Origin: Parasitella parasitica NRRL 2501
Lineage: Eukaryota > Fungi > Mucoromycota
Reading direction: 5' to 3'
Assembly (NCBI GenBank): GCA_025201805.1
Contig: MU619268.1
Span: 65,472 to 129,471 of the forward strand
DNA length: 64,000 nucleotides
Positions 1 to 11,879 of the stretch are shown here, one piece after another; position 1 is the stretch's first letter; each line of letters starts with the position of its first letter. The translations under genes were made by a program, and so were the position numbers. Below the pieces are notes generated by a model, which saw only the letters and a program-made list of their open reading frames with translations, ran no database searches and was not told where the DNA came from.

Positions 1-574
1 TGTGGTGCTAAGAATCTTGGTGAAGCTCTCCGTCGTATCAACGAAGGTGCTGCCATGATCCGTACCAAGGGTGAGGCGGGTACTGGTAACGTTGTTGAAG
101 CTGTCCGCCACATGCGTACTGTTACCTCAGAAATCCGTCGTGCCTCTGTCATGTCTGATGAAGAGCTCTATGCTTATGCCAAGGATCTCCAAGCTCCTTA
201 CGACTTGCTCAAGGAAACTGCTAAACTCGGTCGTCTCCCTGTCGTTAATTTTGCTGCCGGCGGTGTTGCCACCCCTGCTGATGCTGCTCTGATGATGGTA
301 ATATATTTAAAATTGCGTGTAAGCATGTAGCTAAAGACTGATGTATTGATTTTTTGCGACATAGCAATTGGGTTGTGATGGTGTCTTTGTTGGTTCTGGC
401 ATCTTCAAGTCTGGTGATCCATCCAAACGTGCCAAGGCCATTGTTCAAGCCGTCACTCACTTTAACGACGCTAAGGTTTTGGCCGAGGTCTCTGAAAATC
501 TCGGTGAGGCTATGGTTGGTATTAACTTGGATGATTTGTCTGAAAATGAGAAGTATGCCAAGCGTGGTTGGTAA
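1..574 (+). CDS. PDX1: Pyridoxal 5'-phosphate synthase subunit PDX1/SNZ (5' end outside window)
   Basis: [32 protein letters not shown]|[16 protein letters not shown] and C-terminal ..RGW; intron 298-364 (GT-AG). Confidence 0.97.
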
Positions 575-1816
575 AACCATTTCACTCATTCCATAACTCC
601 AAAAAAAAAATAAGAATTCCCATTTAAAATCTTTTTTTACAAAAGAAATTCATCATTCCTCATGGTGCGGGCAAGAGAAATTTGTAACTTGTATAGAAAA
701 ATAGCTTCGCTGATAATGTATAAATAAAAATATTCACAAAACAGAGTATCTCACTCATAATCTATTTCTCTACAAAATTATAAATCTGCACATTTACCGA
801 TGTTTCTGTGTGAAAATATCTAATATATTAGACTTTTTAAGATGAAACACACACATGTATTATGCTCTATCTAATTGCATAGACAGTAATAGCAACATCT
901 TCAAGCAAATAACCTAATTTAGCTCACATCTTCATTTCTCTCAAAATGTTCACAAAATTTTCTGAATTTTGCGACGTTATAAGCTTGAATAAAGTATACT
1001 CCTTCAAGTTAACTACATGTACTTACCTTGCTTTGTCGTTAAATCTTAAACTGCCTTACATACCAATAAACAAATCTATTTCGTACGCTTTTGCAAACCT
1101 TCCTCCATAATCATGTGTTAAAATTACAAAGGTAAAACTATTCAGAAAATAATCAACTCATTGACAAAGCTTCCTCTATTAAGAAGTTTCACATCATAAT
1201 CCCTATTGCAACTGAGATATCTTCATTTTATTCAAGTAGAAATTTTCATCAGCTGTTAATCTCTTATGGAAGACTAATGGATCAACAGTGAGATGGTAGC
1301 AACCTTATAAATAAAAGCATGATTTTGGAGATGAGAACATTAAAGAAGTGAAGGCATGTAAGATTACATATAGAACGTTGGTATAATTTAGCCAAGTATC
1401 GCTGAAGCAAATCTGACTTTTCCATGTAGATTTCGAAATCAGAGATTTATTTCCAAGCAACTTTAATCAATTCAAGTGAAAACTTGAGTGTTATTTGCCA
1501 TTCTATCTCTAATTCTCAAATAGCCATATGATTGTACCTGAAGTATACCAGAGTTATCTTTTGTACACTGCTTGTGACGCAATTCAAACCCTCCCCGCAA
1601 AATGAAAAGAAAAGGGAAGTTTACAAGATTTTTTATTTTTTTTTACCTCCTTTTCTTCTTCTCTTCCTCCTCTTTATACTTCTTTCTTTACTCGAAAAGT
1701 GGTGTAAAAGATACCAATTCATACTTACTACGGCATACCATTGATCCTTCCAACGTAGAATCATCATTTTTGATCTAAAAAAACCAACATTCAGATACAT
1801 TTCAACATAAAACGAC

Positions 1817-3542
1817 ATGGCCTTCCGATTTAATTGGCCAGAGTTTGATAGTGAATTTTATGGCGAGGCACGCTCTCAGCTCGAAGCAGCGTTGAACAAA
1901 GGGAACAAACCTAAAAATATCGTAGACCACATTTCAGTAACAGAGCTAAATATGGGAACTACAGTAATGTCGCAAAAAAAAAAAAAAAAAATGAGTACTT
2001 GTCATAATATCCTATATCTAAATTTTGTGTGATTTTCTAGGCACCAGACCTCGAAATACTGGAAATTGGAGAACTTTCCACAGATAAGTTTCGTGGCATT
2101 TTTAAATTATCTTATTGTGGTGATGCTTACATAGTCATCCAGACAAAAGTTCAAGTTAGTAAATATAAACATGTGATAACATGCATTATCTGATGCTCTT
2201 TTCCCTACAGGCTAATCCAATGCATGCAAAGGAATCCGATTTACCCCGGCACACCAGACCAAGCGTACTGGCTGCAGATCAGCCACTAGTTGTCCCCATG
2301 CTGTTGCGTATCAGCGATCTGAAATTGAGAGGTATTGTAGTACTGGTTGTGTCGAAAACAAAAGGGATTACACTCGTCTTTAAAAATGATCCCCTTGAAA
2401 GCATTTTGGTCAGCTCAACGTTTGACAGCGTTACTAGTGTTCGAAGTTTTTTGCAGCGTGAAATCGAAAATCAATTGCGCAATCTGTTCCAAGAAGATTT
2501 ACCCGTGATGATTCATAACCTGAGCTTACGACATATACAGAGTGAGCAAGAAAAGGCGTCTAAACAGCAACATGAGGAATGGGTTAAAGCACAACAACTA
2601 CGACTGATAGAGCAAAGGAGACGTCGGAAAAACAACAACACGTCTAATCGCTCAGTCTTTTCTGATCCAGGTGTACAGCGAAACCTAATTTCGTCTTCCA
2701 TTGTTTCCTCAACACCAGGCAGCACAGCCAACAAAAGACCTCCTTCCAATAATTTCGATGCATTCTCCATGCCTGATTTATCACAACGGCCGCCTTCTGC
2801 CATTTATTCACAACTCAATTCACCGCGATTTAATCGTTCAGACTCTTTCCCCTACTTGAACGACCCCAACAACCAACTCTCCCCTTTATTGATACCACAA
2901 CAGCAATCTACACCCACAACGTTTAGCAGTTTCAGTGATCTCTACCTTATGAAGCAATTAAATACTAGAGAGTGTGAGCGACAGGTGTTCCCCTTGCAAC
3001 AGCCAGTAACGACAGACAATCTGTCTGCATTAAATGAACTATACAGCAGTCGATTCGCTGCATTAAAAACACCACCCTATTCAGAATCAGAACAGCAGCA
3101 AAAGATGGAAATCAACACAGATCAAAATGACATGTATATCGACGAAGATTTCGATGATGAAGGTGAGGACGACTTCTCTTATCCGTACAAGGAGGATGCA
3201 TCTTCTGTAAATTCGATGATAGCAGCAGAGATGTATGCAGATGATATTGAAGCGCCATGGTACGTTACTGAGGGCCCCGAGTTACCGTCTGTTCGCATAG
3301 ACAATGAGAAAACGCTGACCATGATGGCGATGGATGAAGACATTATATTGAATCCTAAAGAAAATGCAGTGGCGGCCAAGCTGGCTCAGCTGGCCACTGT
3401 CAATCATACAATCTCACCTTTTGCACATACGTTTGAACATTATACATTCCGTTCGTTACCGCATACAGTCAAGATTGAATCCAAAACCAAGCATAAAAAG
3501 AATCCCAAAAGACGTATCATCAGATGGAACACAACATCCTAA
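1817..3542 (+). CDS. MDM34: ERMES subunit Mdm34 (SMP domain)
   Basis: MAFRFNW start, G.KP.NIVDHI.V.ELNMGT|[46 protein letters not shown]; introns ~1964-2040 and ~2155-2210. Confidence 0.93.
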
Positions 3543-3925
3543 TTTCGCTACTATACGTATAAATATATATCCACTCATAATATGTTTTTTGTATTTTTTC
3601 ATTTTNNNNNNNNNNNNNNNNNNNNNNNNNNNNNNNNNNNNNNNNNNNNNNNNNNNNNNNNNNNNTGATCAACACCACCACCATTCTCTTTATTCAAAAA
3701 CACTACCCTGACAGAAATGAACAAACAAATCAACAAATGAACAGCAGTTATAAAATAAAATAAAAAAACCTAAGGGAGAAAATAGGTATGCGATTGAATC
3801 GAAAAATACAAAGGACAAAAAAAAAAATTTTTTTTTTTTTTTGAGAATATGGGGAAATAGAAGTTGCAAGGAAATGAATGTGGGGCAGTATGAGGGTGGG
3901 GTTATATGTAAAAAGAAAAGAAAAT

Positions 3926-6409
3926 CTATAAAGAGGTATCCATTTTGTTATTTTCTGAAACATTATCTACACCGTAACCAAGAAACCACCACCAGATAGC
4001 TTCATAACAAAAAACAAATTGTCGCAAGGTTTGCACCATACTTAGCCTTTGTTCTCTGAACCGAGATATTGTTTGCAGCAAGATGTCATGGTCACTGATA
4101 GCTTTCGTCTGTCTAAGGCGATATAAGACGGTGTCAATTGCACAGAATGCACCAGATCTACCACAGCCTGCAGAGCAATGCACAATCATGGGCCCAACAG
4201 CACCTTGTCTAAAACATGTCTCCTGTGCTGAGTTTGCCATTTGAATGATCTGGAGTGTGCCTAATGGATTTTCAGGAACGCCAAAGTCCATCCAGCCTGT
4301 ATATTGCAAATGCGTCACTTGTCTGCTCACTGAACCATGGGCAATAGAGAGCTGCCGAACGATGACAACATCATCTTCATGCAGAGGCTCTTGCAAGTCG
4401 TGCTTATCGATCTTTTGGGTTGTCTCGTTGATAAGCGTGACAATAAAATCGCCATACTGAGTAGGAGAGTTGAGTTCAGAAGGCCAGTAGCGATGACATT
4501 TGATCTATGTACAAACGCTGTTAGTCATCTTAATTCAAAAACCACAAGCAACCAGCTCCTACTTTATGCATCTCTTCTTCCTTGGTAAGCATGACTAACA
4601 CACGAGAATTCTGCTCCCAAACTACTTGCCAAAAATCGTTGAAAGTTGCAGGTAGTGGGCCCTGCGTTGAAATATAGCGACGATAAGGCTGAGTATTTTT
4701 AGCAGGGCATTCCTTCATGATATTGACACATTGCGTATTCAGCTGTTCCGGTCTAGCGTCACTCGCAGATTCTTCGCTGTCGATATACTGAACATAGCTA
4801 GCATTGATATAATCTGAAACTTTGTGGTCTTGTAATTTGACTCGGGTATACTCTTAAGAGAGAGAGAGAGAGAGATAACATTTAGTCACTTTGACGAGTT
4901 GGCCCCCAGATATTTGTATCACACTTACCGAATGGCCATATATTTGTATATCTATTCAAGGCGCCCATTTCGATTCCAGCAACTATACTAAATGGATACT
5001 CTGCAGGGTTATCTGTATGTTTCGAATGGAAGTGCATGATATTTTGAAGCCTTCTCTGCTCTGTTCTTTCCAATTTCTATAAAAAGCAAAATGTCAAAAT
5101 GGAGAGCGTAAATCTATTGGGGTGCGTTCTTTTTACCTCATAAGTTTCAGCCAAGATTTGAGCGCCATCTCGCTGAATTGTGCGCTGCAGCCAACTCGGG
5201 CCTGTGAAAGCCTTACCGTTCCTATGCACGTGACCTCCTGCCATTAAGCGGGGCATGGTATCCTCCAATTCGACTTGATCATTGTTATTTGGATCTACGT
5301 TACACTTGGACGGCAACCTGATAGGAAATCGTTCACGTATAGGGCCATGTGACAACTCCATATTTTGACGGATATTCGAAAAAAATGGGTTGAATGCTTG
5401 GTTTTCAAACTGTGGCATTGGGGCTGTAAAGGGGCCTAATAGCGGAGCGGCCGTGGGCAAGTTGTTCAATCTAAGCTTGGGTCGGGCGCCTTTTTGCGGT
5501 AAAGTTAGAGAGAAATTACCACCACCAATAGTAGGGGGACCAAAGCTGGCATTGGGTTGTGGAGACGTTGCATTGGACTCGCAACTATCTTTGAATGTCG
5601 AAGCGAATGCATCAAAGCCACCTTGGAAAAAAAAAAGTGTAAATATGAGTATCCAATGTGCTACAAAACATGTAATGTTTACCTTTTAAATAATATAATT
5701 GGCCTTTGAAACCTGCTTGGATCAGTTTAGCACCCAAATACGCAGATGCACTATTTTCCAGCAAACGTTGTGATTGTTGGTCGTAAAATACAATGTGTTC
5801 AGCCGCTTCCCAAGCCCTTAGCCTTTCCCGAGCATGATCCAACACAATGGCTTCGTATACTTTGTCCAGCGTGAAAGTAGGTCTTTTGAGAATAGTGTTT
5901 GGTATAGATACATTGATAGAACCACGTATTCTAGAATGGGAATATTGCACAAACGAGCGCACATCCAAAACCAACAGGCTGTTGCTACCTACGTACTTGT
6001 CCAACATCTGATTTAGGCTGATTGCTTCCATGGGTTGTAATGGGCTGTCTGGAATCGTAGCTGCAGTTGTAGCAGCACTAGTAATAGCGGCGGCAGCAGA
6101 TGCTGATGGCTGTCTTCTGTTGGCAAGAGAACCCATGCTCAAGTTGAATCCAGCCATAGGAGAAGGTCTTTCATTGGATGCACTAGTGAGTACGGTGGGC
6201 TGAGTGGAATGGCGAGCTTGGATAGCATTCAAGAAATCTTGGTGGAGGGAAGGGTTAATGGGTGCTGTGTAATAGGGTGTGTTCGCAGAACTGCTAGATA
6301 GATCCTCTTGTGCAGCAGATTGGGGAATCATCGTAGGCATATTCAAAGGGGTGAAATAAGCGTCATTTGCTCCACTTCCTCGTGTTGGTGACTCAAAAGC
6401 CAAACTCAT
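3926..6409 (-). CDS. Protein tyrosine phosphatase with N-terminal rhodanese domain (Ptp2/Ptp3/Pyp1-like MAPK phosphatase)
   Basis: Rhodanese [30 protein letters not shown]; [55 protein letters not shown]; four GT-AG introns. Confidence 0.92.
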
Positions 6410-6882
6410 ATTGCTGATTATGAAAAGAAAGAGAGTTACTGAAAAAGAAAGAGAGAGGAAAAGAATAGCTAGAACCTTACAAAGAAGGATGTTGCTAAAG
6501 GAGGGAATCAAAATTATGATGATGTGACGGTATTGCATTCAATCCAGACTCCAATTCATGTGTTACAATGTCGTCATTGAGCCTAAAACGTTTTGTTTGG
6601 GAAAATGTACTGCAGATCTATCATGTATGGTACTGAGAACATTTCCACGCAGCTTGATAAAGTTGCTTTTTTTTCCGCGTAAAGAAAAGAATTCATAATA
6701 CAAAAAATGCTTTTATGATGGAAAAATCAGTTTTGTTCGTTTTCCATCGAAAGCTGAAAGAACATCATTTACGGCACACAATATGGCTTGTAACAAATTT
6801 CAAATTTAAAATTTTATTTTTTCTTTCATTGCAACCGAATAGGGCAATTTCATCTGGATGCTAAATGCCAGATGTGGACTTT

Positions 6883-8037
6883 TTACTTGAAGCGTTTGAA
6901 TTGGTCGCGGTTAACTTCAAAGTACTTTCTCAAAGAGTGAGGTTCACGATCCAAGATATCACGGAGCTCATCAGAGTGCATGTCCAATTGGCCCTTATTA
7001 GCCAATCGCCAATATTCCATACAAGTTTCAATCTTGCGATCATGAATAAACTTGTTGATAGGGAAAGACCAGAAGCCATCACGACCCCTTTTGAGGTCAC
7101 CACGCTCATCAGGGCGCTCTTTGAAGCGATCGTCTCTCTTGATATGCTCAAGCTGCTTCTTCATGTCATTCTCGGAGACATGTCTGAATTTCATGTCGCT
7201 GCGACCCATACCTTCGCCAATCTCACGAGCCATTTCCTCACCATTCAAAGCCTTGGAGCAAGTGAACTCGTAGATTTGCTTCTTGAAGAGCTCCTCCACT
7301 TGGCGACCAGCAAGACGCTCACGATTCTTCTTGGCCAATCGATAAACGCCTTCGACAACGTCGTTGATATCAAGGGCAGACCATCTCTTGTTCTTCTCAA
7401 CTGGAAGAGGCAAGCAGTTTTCACCTTCCATCTGAGGAGCCAAGTAGTAAAAGAGCTGATAGAACATGGGATGACGAACAATACAGTGCTTTTCGCCACT
7501 GAAATTCTCCTTGACCAGCTTCTCAATGCGACAGAGCTGCTCAAAGTTATGGAACTCAGAGCCTTGCTGGTTGCTGCCATTCTTGTGGATGCGATCAACA
7601 CCGAGACTAGATAAAGTAAGAGCATCAGTAAAATAACCGTATAATGTATCCTAAACTTACCAAGACATCAAGGATACATGCTCGACTTGCTGATGCTTGC
7701 AAGCCTTCAGCAAGCAATCAGCTTCCTTCTCGCGATCAGAAGAGAACTCGGGAATCAAGAGGACACAGCGAACATCCTTCATACAATGGCGCAACTTGTC
7801 TTCTTCCTTGTAGTTGACTTCAACAATCTCAGCGCCCATCTCTTCAAGACGGCTCAAGCCATAACCAGATCTGCTACGACACAAGAGACGAAGCTTATGA
7901 CCAAGGGCCTCAGGGCCATCTTCTCGGTTTTGCATAGCCTCCAAAAAGCGGTAAGCTAAAGCGTAACCAAGGAGAGAATCACAGTTGGTAATAACAAAGA
8001 CATTCTTGGAAGCGTTGAATTGTTGTTGTTGAGACAT
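6883..8037 (-). CDS. NmrA-like / atypical SDR NAD(P)-binding Rossmann-fold protein
   Basis: N-terminal VFVITNCDSLLGYALA (degenerate Gly motif), GAEIVEVNY, DINDVVE, YEFTCSKALNGEEMA, LDREPHSLRKYF; one intron ~7609-7660; C-ending codon bias; TATA-like TATAAAA on the minus strand near 8099-8105. Confidence 0.75.
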
Positions 8038-8226
8038 TTTAATGTTGTAAAAGTTGATACTAATATCGAATCGAAACTTTGACGCTTGATCCCTCTCCTT
8101 TTATACATTTTGAATTGATTGATATTTCTCACAGGCAAATGATTTACGCCTGGTTTGAATAACCCATTGTTCGCATTGCCATGGTGTAAACAAGTTTTCG
8201 GAGTCCCCAACAAGACTTAACAAGAC

Positions 8227-8380
8227 GCCCAAAGGGCCGCGTAGCGGCCCCCGGTACCACTTGGGCTGCGGAGGGCGCAGCCCGAGGGGGCAAATACAAA
8301 TTTAGCACGAGTTTCGTCGTGGCGACCCTCCGGATGTAATTTTTTCGTGGGCCCGCGGGCGAACCCTCGCCCCTAAAATT
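8227..8380. promoter_or_regulatory. GC-rich inverted-repeat cluster upstream of the NmrA-like gene
   Basis: 51 of 65 bases G/C in 8227-8291; hairpins at 8234-8250, 8260-8286, 8306-8321, 8357-8372; several GAGGG/CCCTC motifs. Confidence 0.55.
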
Positions 8381-8782
8381 CGCACGCACTACATTTTGAC
8401 AGGTTATCCACAGCTTATGACAGACAAACTCGCTGGTTTGTTGGCTACTCCAAATCAATGCTAATTATTTTTGCCCCAAGAAACATAGCCTGTTTATATT
8501 AAAGTTAGAAATCAAAGAGCTTTCATGTGCTGATAATGGCTTGATTTTTCGTGTAGAGATACGGGCACCATATTTAAACTGAGAGATACCTCTTTCCATC
8601 ACAAGGTGGCGTCCATTTTACCAGAGTTAAATGCGTGGTAACATTTGCACCGTCCAAAAAAGTACGTTTTCATTATTTGCTAATCATGACCACATGAAAC
8701 TATTATTGATATATGCCTTGCTGGCCGTGCAAGTAATCCAGCTGAAATTCATTTCAACTCATATTTGGGTCAAAGTACTTGC

Positions 8783-9876
8783 ATTGTTTGCGCACTACCC
8801 AAAAAAAAAATTGGCGCATTTCCAAAATTAAACTTGGCAAATTACTCAAAAAAAAAATTACGCCAAATGTGCCAAAACTATAATGTTATTACAATGGTTC
8901 GCGATTCAAGCATACAGCAAATTTATTTCCAGAATATCTGGCAAGGCCCTCAAGATCACTGTAAAGAACTTGATTGGTTGTATCAGAGATTCTTGCGGCC
9001 AGGTCCTCCTCAGCAAGAAGCCTTACTCGTTTCAGCTTGCAATTGGTCTTGTAATCCAGATCGGTTTTCATGTAACGCTTGACCCACAGGTACCTCTCGT
9101 CGATTTTTTCAGGACTATTACGTTCGATCGAGTGAAAGTGAGCCTTTTTGAAGCTGATGGCGCACTTTTCGGTTGCAAAATTGTACAAAGCCGTTTTGGA
9201 GACCTTAAGATCTTCGAATTGTTCTGTCAAGCTGCTCATCATTTTGTCTAGGACTATCGAAGAATGTTCATTGATTAAGTTGAAAAAGAACCTTTGATGT
9301 TCATCATTGAATTTGGAGGGCTGTCCAGGTCTTCCGCTACCTGCCCTTCTCACAATCTTTCCTTGAGGATCTTCTTGATCTTCTTTGACCTAATTTGGAG
9401 CAGTGCGTGGATTGGTACGAAGCTCCAGAGCCGCAGCGCGAACACTTTTGCCTTTCTCGAATACTAAATAAAAGAGCGTCTTCTTCTTAGAGGGCTTGTA
9501 GCTCCTATAGGTTCGGATGGTTTTCATTACCGTGTCCTTATCATCTGTGCCTTCATCGACTTCTTCGTTGACATAATTTACATCTCTCAGAAGGCTTGAG
9601 TTGGGTATATTCATCAAAATTCGCGACATTTTGAAAAGGATAAGCTTCACCATCGACTTCCATTTGAATTACAAAGATTTCGTTTCCTTGATCATCAAAT
9701 GTTCCTCCCATTCCATCCTCATGTACAAAACCACTCTGCATTGTTGATAGTTTATGTGAAGGAATTCAGAAGTATGCCAAATTTTCATGCGATTAGTCGC
9801 CAAGCTTTTACAAGATTCTTGACCAAATTTACTTCACAATGCTAAGCAATTTTTTTTTGAAAAGTGTGCAAATAAT
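8783..9876 (-). mobile_element. Internally deleted Tc1/mariner (IS630-like) DNA transposon with degenerate TIRs
   Basis: Frameshifted transposase pieces: FVHEDGMG.TFDDQG, YRSYK..LFYLVFEKGKSVRAAALEL..NPRTA (HTH), GRP..SKFNDEH, FEDLKVSKTALYNF..KC.IS.KK, RNSPEKIDER..WV; DDE core absent; imperfect inverted repeats 8783-8813 and 9847-9876. Confidence 0.85.
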
Positions 9877-10269
9877 AAGTGAAAATAGCGTAAGCTCAAA
9901 TGTTAAATTGTCGAATTTAACACAACTCTAGCAAACCAAATTTACGAATTCAAATAAACTACCATTTTTCTTATAGACCTCAGATGCTTTAAATTCATTT
10001 ATATCGCAACTTATATCCCTGATAACTTTATGGCTTCAAATGTGCAATCCAGGATTGCGCAAAATAGCAATACCCTTAAACCAAACATTACATTATTATA
10101 ATGAAGTTTGAATACAACACGCTAAAACACCACCCATACCACCATCATTTATGTGAATAAAACAGGCTATGGTATAAGACATATCCAATGTATATAGCTG
10201 TTATTCCAAAACTTTCTAAGGGTTTTGGACAAGCAACAGAAACAACACGCATTACATACAGAATTCACC

Positions 10270-10640
10270 CGCCCAATTCAGAGAACCCAATAATCTTGTT
10301 GAATTCTAAAAACTTCTAAAAGAAAAAGAAAAGGACCTTGTAGTCGTTGATTTCCATGTTACCTGGCATGGTCCTTGTAAATCAATTGCTCCCAAACTTC
10401 AGAAATTTGCCGATGAAACCCGCGATATCGTTCTTTGCTAAGGTTGATGCCGATGACATTGCTGCAGGTAGTAGATGAGTCTATGGAGAGGGTGTATATT
10501 CATTTTGTAATAGAATGGTACTGTCGCAATCAAATTCGTGTTGTGCCCACCTTCTTACTCTTCAAGAACCGTGTAAAAAATGGCGAAGTAGTCAATGCCA
10601 TCATTGGAGCAATTGAGACCAAGATCAAGTCATTGAAGGC
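10270..10640 (+). pseudogene. Thioredoxin pseudogene (unprocessed, intron retained in the genome)
   Basis: [21 protein letters not shown] (WCGPC changed to WHGPC), in-frame TAA at 10307-10309, frameshift before F.KVDADD, intron 10468-10513, IRVVPTFLLFKN; no intact ATG. Confidence 0.85.
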
Positions 10641-11074
10641 AAAAAGAACTAAACTAATGGTGCCTAGGGTCTTTTGTTTCACGTAGCATCTTGTCTCTGT
10701 TTTTAAACAAGCTCGGCCAATGCTTCACATTGGTGTTTATTGTCTTTGTAAACAAAGATGGCCTGAACGATTGAGGCACCGAAGTTTCTCCGATCTTCTC
10801 GCTTTGATGCTATTGCGATTGATCAGTGCAAGCTGCTACAAACTTCAAACGATCGTTGTTGATACTCGACAATCTGAAGCTGTGGTGAATAATGGAGGTC
10901 TTCATTAGCTTGCATAATTTGAAATGACGATTACTGCCATAGTTCAGCACCTGATTCACTTTGTTTGAATGGACCTGTCGGATATCACTGAAATAGTCAC
11001 AGGTTGTCAACATGTTATGACACTGCGTCAGATAGAACAACTATATCTTCATTTACAGCACTACTGTATTAGAC

Positions 11075-11637
11075 ATGGCAAAGTACTCTAACATCAAGAT
11101 TCTTCATATAAATGAAACAGAGCAGCTGGAATTGGCATATAGTGTTCGCCATGAGGTTTACGTTTTTGAACAAGGCTATTTACCAAACGTTGTAACTGAT
11201 GAGTATGATGTGTGCTTCCAACCGCCACTAAGCATCATTTAACAATCTCCATCTATAAATTCCATAGAGACGACGCCAAGGCAGAGCATTGGGTTGCCGT
11301 GGCAGACAGGCTTAATGAAGATGGGCCTACTGAGGCGAATCATTCAATTGGAACTATTCGTTTAGTGCGCATTTCAGACACTGTGGCTAGATTGGGTCGA
11401 GTTGCAGTTCTATCAAATGCTCGTGGGCTTGGTATAGGCCCGAGATTGATCAAGGTGTTCATTGATTACTGTAAGTCGAATAGGTTCCACACAATTTACT
11501 TGCATGCTGTGTCAGAGAAGAGAGGCTTTTATGAGAAATTGGGCTTTGTCGTAGAGATAGGAGACGACCAAGAGTTTGAAGAAGATGGTACACCTCATAT
11601 CCGTCTCTGGATGCGCAATATAAAACAAAATACCTAA
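11075..11637 (+). CDS. GNAT N-acetyltransferase, ElaA/YjcF-like
   Basis: Exon 1 MAKYSNIK..VRHEVYVFEQG (11075-11202), intron 11203-11267, IGTIRL, RLGRVAVL..ARGLGIG, GFYEKLGF, EFEEDGTPHIRL. Confidence 0.88.
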
Positions 11638-11879
11638 ATCTTAGCTGACTCAATACTATAATTTTCTACTACATATGTTTATATTCCTGGTTTAAAGAAT
11701 TTATAGCTTTACATCAAAAAGTCATGCTGTTGCAACGTAATCTGCGCCATTAAACCAGGCATGATCATCACTGTCTGATCATAACGTGGTATCCACTGGG
11801 CGATGTGTCTATCAAAAGTTATATGCAAAAACTTTTTCTTTTCTTTTCATAATTCATCATAAACATCAGATCTTTGGTC

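Noticed and set aside
6865-7614. 249-aa + strand ORF overlapping the NmrA-like gene
   Set aside because: Antisense open frame expected from strong codon bias; no recognisable domain
8144-8458. 104-aa ORF across the GC-rich cluster
   Set aside because: Open because GC-rich DNA has few stops; no protein-like features
10364-10378. Selenoprotein or recoded thioredoxin
   Set aside because: The active-site codon is CAT, the internal stop is TAA, and there is a frameshift; this is ordinary decay
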